A stretch of 64,000 nt of DNA, taken from Patescibacteria group bacterium UBA2773 (GTDB lineage Bacteria > Patescibacteriota > Minisyncoccia > Moranbacterales > DUUL01). Below the pieces are notes generated by a model. It saw nothing but the letters and a program-made list of their open reading frames with translations. It searched no databases and was not told the DNA's origin. Shown here piece after piece: positions 55,462 to 64,000 of the stretch. The position numbers and the translations under genes were made by a program. How positions within the stretch are numbered: position 1 is the first letter of the stretch; every line of letters begins with the position of its first letter. The DNA is taken from positions 64,564 through 128,563 of the forward strand of contig DEIN01000008.1 in the NCBI GenBank assembly GCA_002352465.1. Direction: 5' to 3'.

Positions 55462-55860
55462 ATGAAATTTAAAGTAACCGCTAAGTTAACTCATTCACCC
55501 GAAAATATCCTTAGGAATTGCGGTTATTTTTCAATTTTTGATCCCAAAACTCAAAAAGGAAGTTTTGTTCGAAAAATCACTGGCAATCATTATCCTCGCT
55601 TTCATCTTTATCTTAAAGAAGTAAATAATGAATTAATTTTTGATTTACACTTAGACCAAAGCAAAACGGTCTATGCCAGAGCCAAAGCTCACAATGCTGA
55701 TTATGAAAGCCCCGAAGTCAAGCAAGAATTAGTTCGAATTTTCCAAGAAGTTAAAAAAGCGATTCCGATTCCCAAGGAAGAAAAACCTCTCAACGAAAAT
55801 AACGCCTCTTCAACCGAAACTCACCCCAATTGGCTTTCGAAACTTTTTAAGAAAAACTAA
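55462..55860 (+). CDS. Hypothetical protein
   Basis: TTGACA-17-TATAAT promoter at 55368-55396; YPRFHLY and LHLDQ look conserved. Confidence 0.75.
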   Translation: MKFKVTAKLTHSPENILRNCGYFSIFDPKTQKGSFVRKITGNHYPRFHLYLKEVNNELIFDLHLDQSKTVYARAKAHNADYESPEVKQELVRIFQEVKKAIPIPKEEKPLNENNASSTETHPNWLSKLFKKN

Positions 55861-55916
55861 ATTTCCAAACTTAAAATAACCGCTAGGTTAGTTATTTATT
55901 TTATGATTCTTTTTGA

Positions 55917-57050
55917 CTACTTTATGGCTCTTGCAATTGCCTTTACAGCCTCTTTGCTAGTCACATTAGGAAGAATTTTATTTTTACTAGATTTTTTAAC
56001 CACATAAGCCAAGGCAATGGCCGCTTTTAATTTCATTTTTTGGGTAACAGTTTTGACTTTATTATCAATGAATCCTTTGAAAATTCCAGGAAAAACCAAG
56101 GCGTTATTAATTTGATTTGGAAAATCAGACCTTCCGGTTCCAACTACTGACGCCCCAGCCTTAAGCGCAATCTCCGGCATTACTTCTGGCACAGGATTGG
56201 CCATTGCAAAAATTATTGGACCAGCACTCATAGATTTAATCATCTTAGCATTCACCAACCCTGGTTTCGAAAGTCCAATAAAAACATCCGCTCCAATCAT
56301 TGCTTCAACCAATCCTCCTTTCAAATTTTGCCGATTGGTTTTCAAGGCAATTTCTTTTTTAAATTTATTCAAACCTTTTCGAGTTCGATAAATCACACCT
56401 TGACTATCCAACAAAACAATATCGCCAACTCCTTGAGCCAATAAAAGTCTGGCCGTGGCAATTCCAGCCGCTCCAGCACCATTGATTACAACTTTCAAAT
56501 CATTCATCGCTTTTCCACTTACTCGACAAGCATTGATCAAACCCGCCAAAACCACAATCGCCGTCCCATCTTGGTCATCGTGAAAAACTGGAATAGAAAG
56601 TTCTTTTTCTAAAACCTCCAAAATCTCAAAACATCGAGGAGCCGAAATATCTTCCAAATTTATTCCGCCAAAACTCGGCTCAATTTGTTTACAAAATTCT
56701 ATAATCTCCTTAGTATCTTGGGTATTAATACAAAGCGGAACAGCATCCACATCAGCAAAAGCTTTAAAAATCGCTGATTTCCCTTCCATCACTGGCATTC
56801 CCGCTTCCGGACCAATATCCCCCAATCCCAAAACCGCCGTTCCGTCACACACAATCGCCACCGAATTTTTCCGATTAGTTAGCTCAAAACTTTTCTTTTT
56901 ATCTTTGGCGATCTCCTGACAAACCGCTCCCACGCCAGGAGTATAAGCCATTGATAAATCATCAATTGTTTTTAAGGGAATTTTCAAACCAATTTCAACT
57001 TTCCCCTTGTGTTTTTTATGCAAAGCAATAGCCTTTTTTGAATAATCCAT
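55917..57050 (-). CDS. NAD(P)-dependent malic enzyme
   Basis: AYTPGV, DGTAVLGLG, NLEDI, FHDDQDGT, GAGAAG, GRSDFPNQ. Confidence 0.93.
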   Translation of the reverse strand: MDYSKKAIALHKKHKGKVEIGLKIPLKTIDDLSMAYTPGVGAVCQEIAKDKKKSFELTNRKNSVAIVCDGTAVLGLGDIGPEAGMPVMEGKSAIFKAFADVDAVPLCINTQDTKEIIEFCKQIEPSFGGINLEDISAPRCFEILEVLEKELSIPVFHDDQDGTAIVVLAGLINACRVSGKAMNDLKVVINGAGAAGIATARLLLAQGVGDIVLLDSQGVIYRTRKGLNKFKKEIALKTNRQNLKGGLVEAMIGADVFIGLSKPGLVNAKMIKSMSAGPIIFAMANPVPEVMPEIALKAGASVVGTGRSDFPNQINNALVFPGIFKGFIDNKVKTVTQKMKLKAAIALAYVVKKSSKNKILPNVTSKEAVKAIARAIK

Positions 57051-57119
57051 AGATTTATTTTATTAATATTTATATATTTAATTCAATAATTATATCAGTT
57101 TAAGAAAAATAAGCAAAAT

Positions 57120-57148
57120 AAAAACCCCAGCCGAAGCGTGGGGTTTTT
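57120..57148. terminator. Intrinsic terminator after csp
   Basis: AAAAACCCCA...TGGGGTTTTT. Confidence 0.7.
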
Positions 57149-57171
57149 GTAAACTATGTTCTAAAGCTATA

Positions 57172-57375
57172 TTATTCAGTAACTAAAGTAACATTGGAAG
57201 CATTCAAGCCTCGTGGTGTTTCAGTCAATTCAAATTCAACTTTATCACCTTCATTTAGATCATTGTAATCTACTCCTTCTAAAGAAGTAGCGTGGAAAAA
57301 GATACCTTTTTCGTGATCCTCATGTTTGATAAAACCAAACCCTTTGTCTGTTATTTTTTCAACAATACCTTGCAT
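57172..57375 (-). CDS. Cold-shock domain protein (start taken at MQGIV, 57375)
   Basis: KGFGFI (RNP1), IFFH (RNP2). Confidence 0.92.
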   Translation of the reverse strand: MQGIVEKITDKGFGFIKHEDHEKGIFFHATSLEGVDYNDLNEGDKVEFELTETPRGLNASNVTLVTE

Positions 57376-57634
57376 AACTTTTGCATTATTAAATTTAAAC
57401 AACTCCAACAGAAATCGACTTGAATCCATTAAAAATTGTGAGAACTCATTTTTAAAGCCCATTAGAAACAGACCTTTCCAATAAATTCATTATTAGTATT
57501 GTTGCATACAGACCAATAATTGTCAATAGAATTACTCTTTTATCCCTTTTTAAGCGTTTAAAAAAGCCTCGTAAAGTTTCTTATTCGGCTTTTTTATTTT
57601 TCAAATTAATAAAATAGTTGATTAAATCAAAGAC

Positions 57635-58214
57635 TTAAAACCATTTCCAGTCCCGTTGATTTTTTTTCAAAATTTTATTCGGTTTTTTTTGATTGCGATA
57701 TCTCAGCCAAATCACGACGATCTTTTTGAATTCCTCCCATTGAGCTTCTTTCAGCCCAGCTTCTTCAGCTGCCGCTTCGATCTGACGCCAAATATTCAAA
57801 GTTGATTTTTCAAATCAACTCCTTTCTCAAGAATTCGCATGGCTTTCCCAATCGAGTTTAACGCTTTTATATCTCTTGTAATTTCTAAGATATCAAATTT
57901 CCAGCAAAGAATACCAAAAAAAGGAAATACAAAATGAAGATAGCAATACCAAAAAAAATTGATAAACCAAAAATCTTTAACAACCTTTTCATAGAAATCA
58001 CCATCTAATTTTTTGTTTTTCGCAGCATCTATAAGTATTGCTGAAAATACAAGAAGTTCGGCATATACGAAGAACAACACTCCTCCTGCCATAAAAATAT
58101 TAGAGAAAGTATTGCAAAAAAAAGTATTGAATACCAAAATCAAATTGAAATCCAACCTATAATCGCTCCCATCAAAACTTCCATGGATACTTTAAACATT
58201 TTTTTCTTTGTCAT
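57635..58214 (-). pseudogene. Probably frameshifted membrane-protein gene (includes ORF 57796-58155)
   Basis: SD-led ATG at 58214 stops after 24 codons; coding-like frames continue out of phase. Confidence 0.35.
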
Positions 58215-58478
58215 AACACTTCCCTCCCCAAAAAGTTTACCTTAAATTACCCCTAAATTTTCAAAGAAACTATAGTCTAGCAGATTTCCGCCATAAAATT
58301 AACTCTTTTCTTCCCAAATCACTTTTTTTAAATTTTACTATCATGCGACGTAGTATGGTAGTATTTTATTTTTTCATTGATTGATCTCTATAGTCTTCTA
58401 TTTCAATTTACAGTCGATAATAAATCTTAAAATCTTTTCAATCTTATTTTTTTCAGGTAAGCTATTTAGGAATTACCA

Positions 58479-58549
58479 TCGAGAATCGTCTAATGGTAGG
58501 ACAACAGGTTCTGATCCTGTCAATTGGGGTTCGAATCCCTATTCTCGAA
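58479..58549 (+). tRNA. tRNA-Gln(CTG)
   Basis: TCGAGAA/TTCTCGA acceptor, ACAGG-TTCTGAT-CCTGT, GTTCGAATC. Confidence 0.93.
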
Positions 58550-58705
58550 CAAAACAAGCCTGCAAGGGCTTTTCTTTATTTTGTCTAAAAACCCTTGAAA
58601 AGGGTAAAACTCCCTCAATTTTACCGTAATGGTTAATTTTTATTTTTCATTACTAAATATTGAATAGTTACTTACTTAATGATAACATATCCTTTCAATG
58701 ATAAT

Positions 58706-58731
58706 CCTGTTTTGGGATATTCCAAAATAGG
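58706..58731. promoter_or_regulatory. Palindromic operator upstream of the XRE gene
   Basis: CCTGTTTTGG-GATATT-CCAAAATAGG; TATAAT at 58745-58750. Confidence 0.55.
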
Positions 58732-58765
58732 TTTTAAACTAAACTATAATCTATCATTAAAAAAT

Positions 58766-58987
58766 ATGTCAAAAAATATTTATACAAAGGAATATAAGAG
58801 ATTATTAGAGAAATTAAAACAAGCGAGAAAAGATTCTGGATTAACTCAACTAGAAATTTCTCAAAAAATAGACAAGCCTCAATCTTTTATTTCCAAATGT
58901 GAATTAGGCGAAAGAAGAATCGACCCCATTGAATTATCGAAATTTGCAAAAATTTACAAAAAGGATATTAATTTTTTTATTAAATAA
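58766..58987 (+). CDS. XRE-family HTH regulator, controller (C) protein-like (start MSKNI)
   Basis: LKQARKDSGLTQ..IS.....QSFISKCELGERR; 9 nt before the endonuclease. Confidence 0.85.
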   Translation: MSKNIYTKEYKRLLEKLKQARKDSGLTQLEISQKIDKPQSFISKCELGERRIDPIELSKFAKIYKKDINFFIK

Positions 58988-58996
58988 ATTAGAATT

Positions 58997-59560
58997 ATGA
59001 AAATCAAGCAACACAAAGCAAAAGTTTTTAATCAAGATTGTATATTAGAGCTAATGACTTTTAATAAAAGTGACGGCAAAAAATGGAAAAGACTTTTTGA
59101 TATGTGGAAAAAATTAAAATTAAGTTTGCGTGATTATAAGTCTCGAGAGCCAAATTTTCCTGAAGGATTATCAGAAGTGGCTTTTTGTTTGTTTTCTGGA
59201 TCAAAAAGATTCATATCTTTGAAGGGAAAATCAGCAGCTTCTTTTGATACTTTTAACACTGAAACTGGAAAGGCAGAGCAAATTAAAGCTTGTAGTGTAA
59301 AATCTGATCTAACTTCTTTCGGCCCTAATTCAAAATGGAACGATTTATATTTTTTAGATTTCTACAACGAAGGAAAGCTTGATGGGACTTTTAATGTTTA
59401 TAAAATTCCTTCAGAATCAATTTACAACATGAAAGTTAACAAAAAACAGACAATGAAACAGCAACAAAATCAAGGCAAACGACCAAGATTTAGCATTACT
59501 GACAAAATAATAAAAGATAAAAAGCTAAAACCAATCGCAGAAAACGTAAAAGTTTGGTAA
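58997..59560 (+). CDS. Type II restriction endonuclease, Bsp6I-like
   Basis: WKKL, NFPEGLSE, D...QIKA.S, DLTSFGP, QT..QQ..GKRP as recalled for the Bsp6I family; adjacent C5 MTase. Confidence 0.8.
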   Translation: MKIKQHKAKVFNQDCILELMTFNKSDGKKWKRLFDMWKKLKLSLRDYKSREPNFPEGLSEVAFCLFSGSKRFISLKGKSAASFDTFNTETGKAEQIKACSVKSDLTSFGPNSKWNDLYFLDFYNEGKLDGTFNVYKIPSESIYNMKVNKKQTMKQQQNQGKRPRFSITDKIIKDKKLKPIAENVKVW

Positions 59561-59568
59561 ATAGAAAA

Positions 59569-61143
59569 TTATTCGATTGCCTTTATCATTTTTTTAGCCA
59601 CAGCTTCCAAAACAGTTACTGTCACGGAATTTCCAGCTTGTTTATATAAAGCAGAATCAGAAAGATCTTTCGGCAAGATGAAGCTTTTAGGAAAACCTTG
59701 TATTCTAAAACATTCCAAAGGGGTTAATTTCCTGATGCCTTTGTTGTCTTTTATAATTGGTACATTATGTCCACCCATTCCCATATTAGCCGTTAAGGTT
59801 GGACAAACACATTTTTTATTTTCTCTAACATATTTTCGTCTCCATTGATAAACAGTGTTTTTATCAACAACAAAATCTTTTATTTTTTCATACAAAGGTT
59901 TACCTTCATAATAATATTTTTTATCAATATTCTTTTCTAATAAATCTTGCACGCTTACATTTAGTTTTACTGGATCAGGAAACTCAAAATTTTCTAAATG
60001 TTTTTTGTCTTTGAATCCAACAATGTAAATTCTTTCTCTATTTTGAGGAACATTTCCAAATTCCATACTATTTAAAACTTTGGCATCTGTGTGATAACCA
60101 AGATCTTTAAGTTTTTTCATTATTATTTTAAATGTTTTTCCTCCATCATGACCTTTCAAATTTTTTACATTTTCTAGTAAAAATCCTTTCGGCTCTCTGG
60201 ATTCGATAATTCTAGCAACATCAAAAAACAAATTCCCTCTTCCTTTTTCGTCTTTGAATCCATGTCTGTGACCAGCGATTGAAAATGCTTGACAAGGAAA
60301 TCCGCCCAAAAGAAAATCAAATTCTGGCAAATCATCAATTCCAATTTCTCTTATATCTTCAACGATTAATTTGGATCTTTTAAAATTTAAATCATAAGTT
60401 TTTTTACAATGTTCATCAAAATCATTAGCAAAAACAGTTTTGAATCCAGTTTTTTCAAATCCTAATCTTATTCCGCCCACTCCAGCAAATAAATCAATAG
60501 TTCTTAGTTTTTTTTGATTGGTGGGTTTAATGTCATTTTTAAAGCTTCTAACAATTTTAACTACAACGCCTCTGATTTCAACTTCTTCTCTGTAAAAGGG
60601 CAACATTGTTTGATTGGCTGGTTGTAATCTAAAGCAATTTTTCTCTCGGTAGATTTTTTTTAAAGTTGTTTCATTATCATCTATTATTGCAACAACAGTT
60701 TGACCATTTTCGGCAGATGATTGTTTTTTTATTACCACAATATCACCATCGAATATTCCTTCCTCAATCATACTTTCTCCTTTTACCTGTAAAGCATAAT
60801 ATTCTTGATTTTTTTGAATTTCTTTTTGCAAAATAGGAATTGTTCCTCTTTCAACTTCAATCGCTTCGATTGGTTTTCCGGCCGTAATAATACCAACAAT
60901 AGGAATATTGATTATTTTTTTTATTTTATTTTTTATTACCGGAACAATGCCTCTAGCAGAACTCCCTTCTTTATTTAGAAAACCTTTTTCTGATAAAGTT
61001 TGAATATGCTGATGCACTGTAGAAATAGCAGAAAGTTTAAAATGTTTTTTTATTTCTTCAAAAGTAGGAGATATTTTATTCTTTTTTATGTAACTTTTAA
61101 TGTAGTCCAAAATTTGTTTTTGTCTTTTTGTCAGAGTTGGCAT
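59569..61143 (-). CDS. lexA: LexA repressor fused to a DNA (cytosine-5) methyltransferase
   Basis: aa 1-200: winged HTH, A88-G89, S124 (GESM), K162 (TLKK); aa 213-524: FAGVGG, GFPCQ, ENV, QNRER, GNSV. Confidence 0.92.
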   Translation of the reverse strand: MPTLTKRQKQILDYIKSYIKKNKISPTFEEIKKHFKLSAISTVHQHIQTLSEKGFLNKEGSSARGIVPVIKNKIKKIINIPIVGIITAGKPIEAIEVERGTIPILQKEIQKNQEYYALQVKGESMIEEGIFDGDIVVIKKQSSAENGQTVVAIIDDNETTLKKIYREKNCFRLQPANQTMLPFYREEVEIRGVVVKIVRSFKNDIKPTNQKKLRTIDLFAGVGGIRLGFEKTGFKTVFANDFDEHCKKTYDLNFKRSKLIVEDIREIGIDDLPEFDFLLGGFPCQAFSIAGHRHGFKDEKGRGNLFFDVARIIESREPKGFLLENVKNLKGHDGGKTFKIIMKKLKDLGYHTDAKVLNSMEFGNVPQNRERIYIVGFKDKKHLENFEFPDPVKLNVSVQDLLEKNIDKKYYYEGKPLYEKIKDFVVDKNTVYQWRRKYVRENKKCVCPTLTANMGMGGHNVPIIKDNKGIRKLTPLECFRIQGFPKSFILPKDLSDSALYKQAGNSVTVTVLEAVAKKMIKAIE

Positions 61144-61182
61144 TTTTGTATTTGATTTATTTTTTATTAAGCGTATAATTTC

Positions 61183-61211
61183 ATTATAACCGAAAATTTA
61201 CCGAAGTGCAA
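61183..61211 (-). promoter_or_regulatory. Sigma70 promoter with a TTCGGT-N5-TTCGGT direct repeat filling the spacer (putative LexA box)
   Basis: Minus strand TTGCAC-ttcggtaaattttcggt-TATAAT, 17-bp spacer. Confidence 0.75.
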
Positions 61212-61295
61212 ATTGAATTTTAACGATTATTAAAAATTAAATAAACTATATGAAAAAAAGTGGTTGTCAAACTTCGAGAAGAATAATTTAAAAAT

Positions 61296-62156
61296 ATGAA
61301 TTATTTACCTCAACCGATAAAAGACTTAGCAACAGCAAAATTATCAAAAGTCGCAGATAAGTTTGTTGATTTTGTTATTTTGAAATACACAGGAAAATCG
61401 ATTAAAGTTTTTGAAGCTGAAAGTGATATTGAGGCTGACAAAGTTAAGTCAAGATGGGAAGTACTAGAAAAGCCTTTTTGGTTACAAGCAGAGGCAACGA
61501 AAATGGGACGACAATATTCTAATTTTGGAAATACTTTATCAAAAAGTTCAAAAATGATTATTACATCAGAAAATAAAATTGCTGATGACAATGATGTTTT
61601 CTGGGGGTTACTAGAACACTCAAAAGAGATTTCAAACGATGAAATGCAGGAATTAATAGCAAAGATTATTGCAGGAGAATATAACGCACCAGGTACTTAT
61701 TCAATGAGCATGCTCCAAATTATTAAAATGCTCGGCAAAAGCGAGCTAGAATTGTTTGAAAAAATTTGTAGCTTATTGATAAATAGCGATCAAATACCAC
61801 AAGATTTATTTTCTTTACCTGAAAATGCTAAAGAATTTATGAATGAACTCGGATTAGATTTTAGGAGCCTTCAGTTACTGCAAAGTCTTGCCTTATTTTT
61901 GCCAAATGATATGACCAGATCAATGAAAAATCATGAGAAGAAAAATTTTAAAATTGTTTATTTTAATAAAAATATTTTATTTTCACCGATTACACCGGGA
62001 GATGTAAATACATTAAAAATTAGCATACCTGGATTCTTTGGACTTTCTCCCGTTGGTAAACAGTTATTAAAACACTTGAATCCCAAGCCTAATGACCATT
62101 ATTTTAATTGGCTGAAGGATAACTATAAAATTTCTAACTATAAAATTCTTGAATAA
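61296..62156 (+). CDS. DUF2806-like hypothetical protein
   Basis: RQ..N, ISNDEMQEL.AKIIAGE...PGTYS pattern. Confidence 0.7.
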   Translation: MNYLPQPIKDLATAKLSKVADKFVDFVILKYTGKSIKVFEAESDIEADKVKSRWEVLEKPFWLQAEATKMGRQYSNFGNTLSKSSKMIITSENKIADDNDVFWGLLEHSKEISNDEMQELIAKIIAGEYNAPGTYSMSMLQIIKMLGKSELELFEKICSLLINSDQIPQDLFSLPENAKEFMNELGLDFRSLQLLQSLALFLPNDMTRSMKNHEKKNFKIVYFNKNILFSPITPGDVNTLKISIPGFFGLSPVGKQLLKHLNPKPNDHYFNWLKDNYKISNYKILE

Positions 62157-62197
62157 TTACATATGAAGATATTTGATAAATTCTTGTTATTAATAAT

Positions 62198-62435
62198 TTA
62201 AAATATTTTGCAGATAAGATTAAAATACACGAAATAATATGCAATAATAATCCCATGAATATATTATGGAAGTTGAATGATTTAAGAAACGATATAAGCC
62301 ACAATCGAATTGATGATCTGAAATATAATGGTCAGAGCTTATTTCCAAAAGAAAAAAAGGGAAAGATTATTGGATTATTTTAAAGCTCAAGAAATTTACG
62401 AACAAAAAATCAAAGACGCAATTGATAAAATTTAA
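62198..62435 (+). pseudogene. Fragment of a HEPN-like protein
   Basis: FADKIKI...LNDLRNDISHNR (RxxxxH at 62285-62302); no intact start, frameshift near 62355. Confidence 0.45.
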
Positions 62436-62445
62436 GAAAAATATT

Positions 62446-62919
62446 ATGGGACGAATAGAAATACTAGAAAAACTAAACATAGAATTAAAAAAAGATATTC
62501 ATACTGAATGTCAGGTGGTTTATATTTTATCTAAGATTAGGAAATGTCTTGAGATCAATAATCAAAAAAGTGAATATAAATATTTAAACTTTTATTGTAA
62601 TTGGGCTTTACATTCAAAAATTAATAGAGCTGAACCAGTGGCAGATATTATAAGAGAATTTATAAACGACAAGGATAATGGAAAATTTTTGCAATTTGAT
62701 TATTTAATAAAAGATTTAAGAAGATTTTTTAAAGATAATTCACTTTCGAAAAAATTATTTGAAACTGAAAATTATTTAAGATTCGCTAATTTATTAGTCG
62801 AAATTTATTCGGATACTCCGCTGGAGATTTACTGTGAAAGAAAAAGAATAATTACAATAAAAAAACCACTCAAAAAGTTAACAGAAAGTGTCTTTTCTAT
62901 TGCCTATGAAATTAAATAG
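62446..62919 (+). CDS. Hypothetical protein
   Basis: ORF track; VYIL..IRK.LE and LNFYCNWALH look conserved. Confidence 0.7.
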   Translation: MGRIEILEKLNIELKKDIHTECQVVYILSKIRKCLEINNQKSEYKYLNFYCNWALHSKINRAEPVADIIREFINDKDNGKFLQFDYLIKDLRRFFKDNSLSKKLFETENYLRFANLLVEIYSDTPLEIYCERKRIITIKKPLKKLTESVFSIAYEIK

Positions 62920-62981
62920 TTATGTAAATTTAAAGTTCAATATAAAAACCCGATTGTTAAATTTTGAAAATAATAAAGTCT

Positions 62982-63904
62982 ATGATAAATGAAAAAATAG
63001 AAAAATTTTTAAGAAATTTAATTTTAATAAGCATAAATTTAAAAATCAGGCTTTTTATACAGACGGTAGTCTAGGTTTCAGCGTTAGAAAAGATTCATTT
63101 AATAACGATGGAAACGCCACACAACTATCTGTTTATGTTTATGAAAATGATACAAGCAACAAAGATTCCAATAGAAAACCTCTTGTTATAAATACAACTT
63201 ATGGGATAGTAACTTCGGATGGTGGTATCAGAATTCGCTCCAATCCGAAACTTAGTGATCCTGTTGATTTTGAATCACACGGTTCATATTTCTATGATAT
63301 TAAAACAGAAAAATTTTATAAGAAAAATAAAAAAATTAATGCCGATAAAATCATTGAAGAAATTTATAATAAACATATAAAATCAACCAGATTTTTTGGA
63401 GGTTTTTGGCTTAGATCAAAAATATTTTTTTGGAAATTCTTTCTGCGGTTATTGTTCTGGTCTATATCAAAAATATTTTATTTATTGCTTTATATTATTT
63501 CGGGGGATAAATATTCCTATGAACCATTTTTCGAAGAAGAAACTTTGAATGGAAAAATATTTAAATCTCGACTTAGACCGCCAATTGAAAATGTAAAAAA
63601 TGATGAAAAATTAAAAGAAGATCTAAAGAAAAGCGCAAAAATTAGTTTTTTTAATCATGAAGTTAGACATTGGCCAATAGTATTTTACTCAATATCGCAC
63701 GGATTATTTTATGTACTATTTATGTTAAAAAATTATAAACCTATTATTTTAATAACAGTATTTAAAAACAACTTTTTAACAATAATATACGTAATCTTGT
63801 CACTTTGGCTTGTTGAGACAATTACACCAAAATGTTTAATATTTTTGATTAAAATTTTTTCTAGATTGTCATTTACATCTCAATATAAATCTATAAATAT
63901 TTAG
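62982..63904 (+). pseudogene. Frameshifted ~305-codon gene (includes ORF 63452-63904)
   Basis: Frame open 62993-63904 without an early start codon; ATG at 62982 is one base out of frame. Confidence 0.55.
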
Positions 63905-64000
63905 TTTTTTATTTTCCTATATTTTCCATTTGAATATAAAAAATACAAAGCTAAATTCGTCTATTGTTGAATTTTAGTTATTCAATATTCATCAACCTCC

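Noticed and set aside
58381-58629. 82-aa ORF
   Set aside because: Runs through tRNA-Gln

Overview
Very AT-rich bacterial chromosomal segment using the standard genetic code. Gene content, SD-less core-gene leaders and repeat-filled spacers suggest a Patescibacteria/CPR (Parcubacteria-like) genome; this is an inference. Core content: manC, rnhA, parAB, ispH, tgt, LCP, pth, rodA-mltG, folD-glyA, ftsB-like, rpmH-rnpA-yidC-jag, flippase/GT2, a complete but spread-out F-type ATP synthase operon, lepA, rfbBCD, murJ, sufB-like, leuS, malic enzyme, csp, and tRNA-Ile, -Ala and -Gln. Most notable: (1) a tRNA-Gln-linked defence island where an XRE controller and a Bsp6I-like endonuclease face a full-length, catalytically intact LexA fused to a C5 DNA methyltransferase, with a direct-repeat operator inside the lexA promoter (candidate SOS-inducible R-M system); (2) several nested families of non-coding palindromic elements, including ~120-bp hairpins that sit against stop codons in a fixed orientation and 7-nt-periodic elements that also occur in frame inside lepA and leuS; (3) an alpha/beta-hydrolase domain inserted in LeuRS; (4) a TrpR-like gene bracketed by two copies of a 28-bp palindrome; (5) a candidate sRNA with an anti-Shine-Dalgarno loop; (6) many decaying orphan genes with strong SD sites. 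All family assignments are from motif recognition, not database searches.
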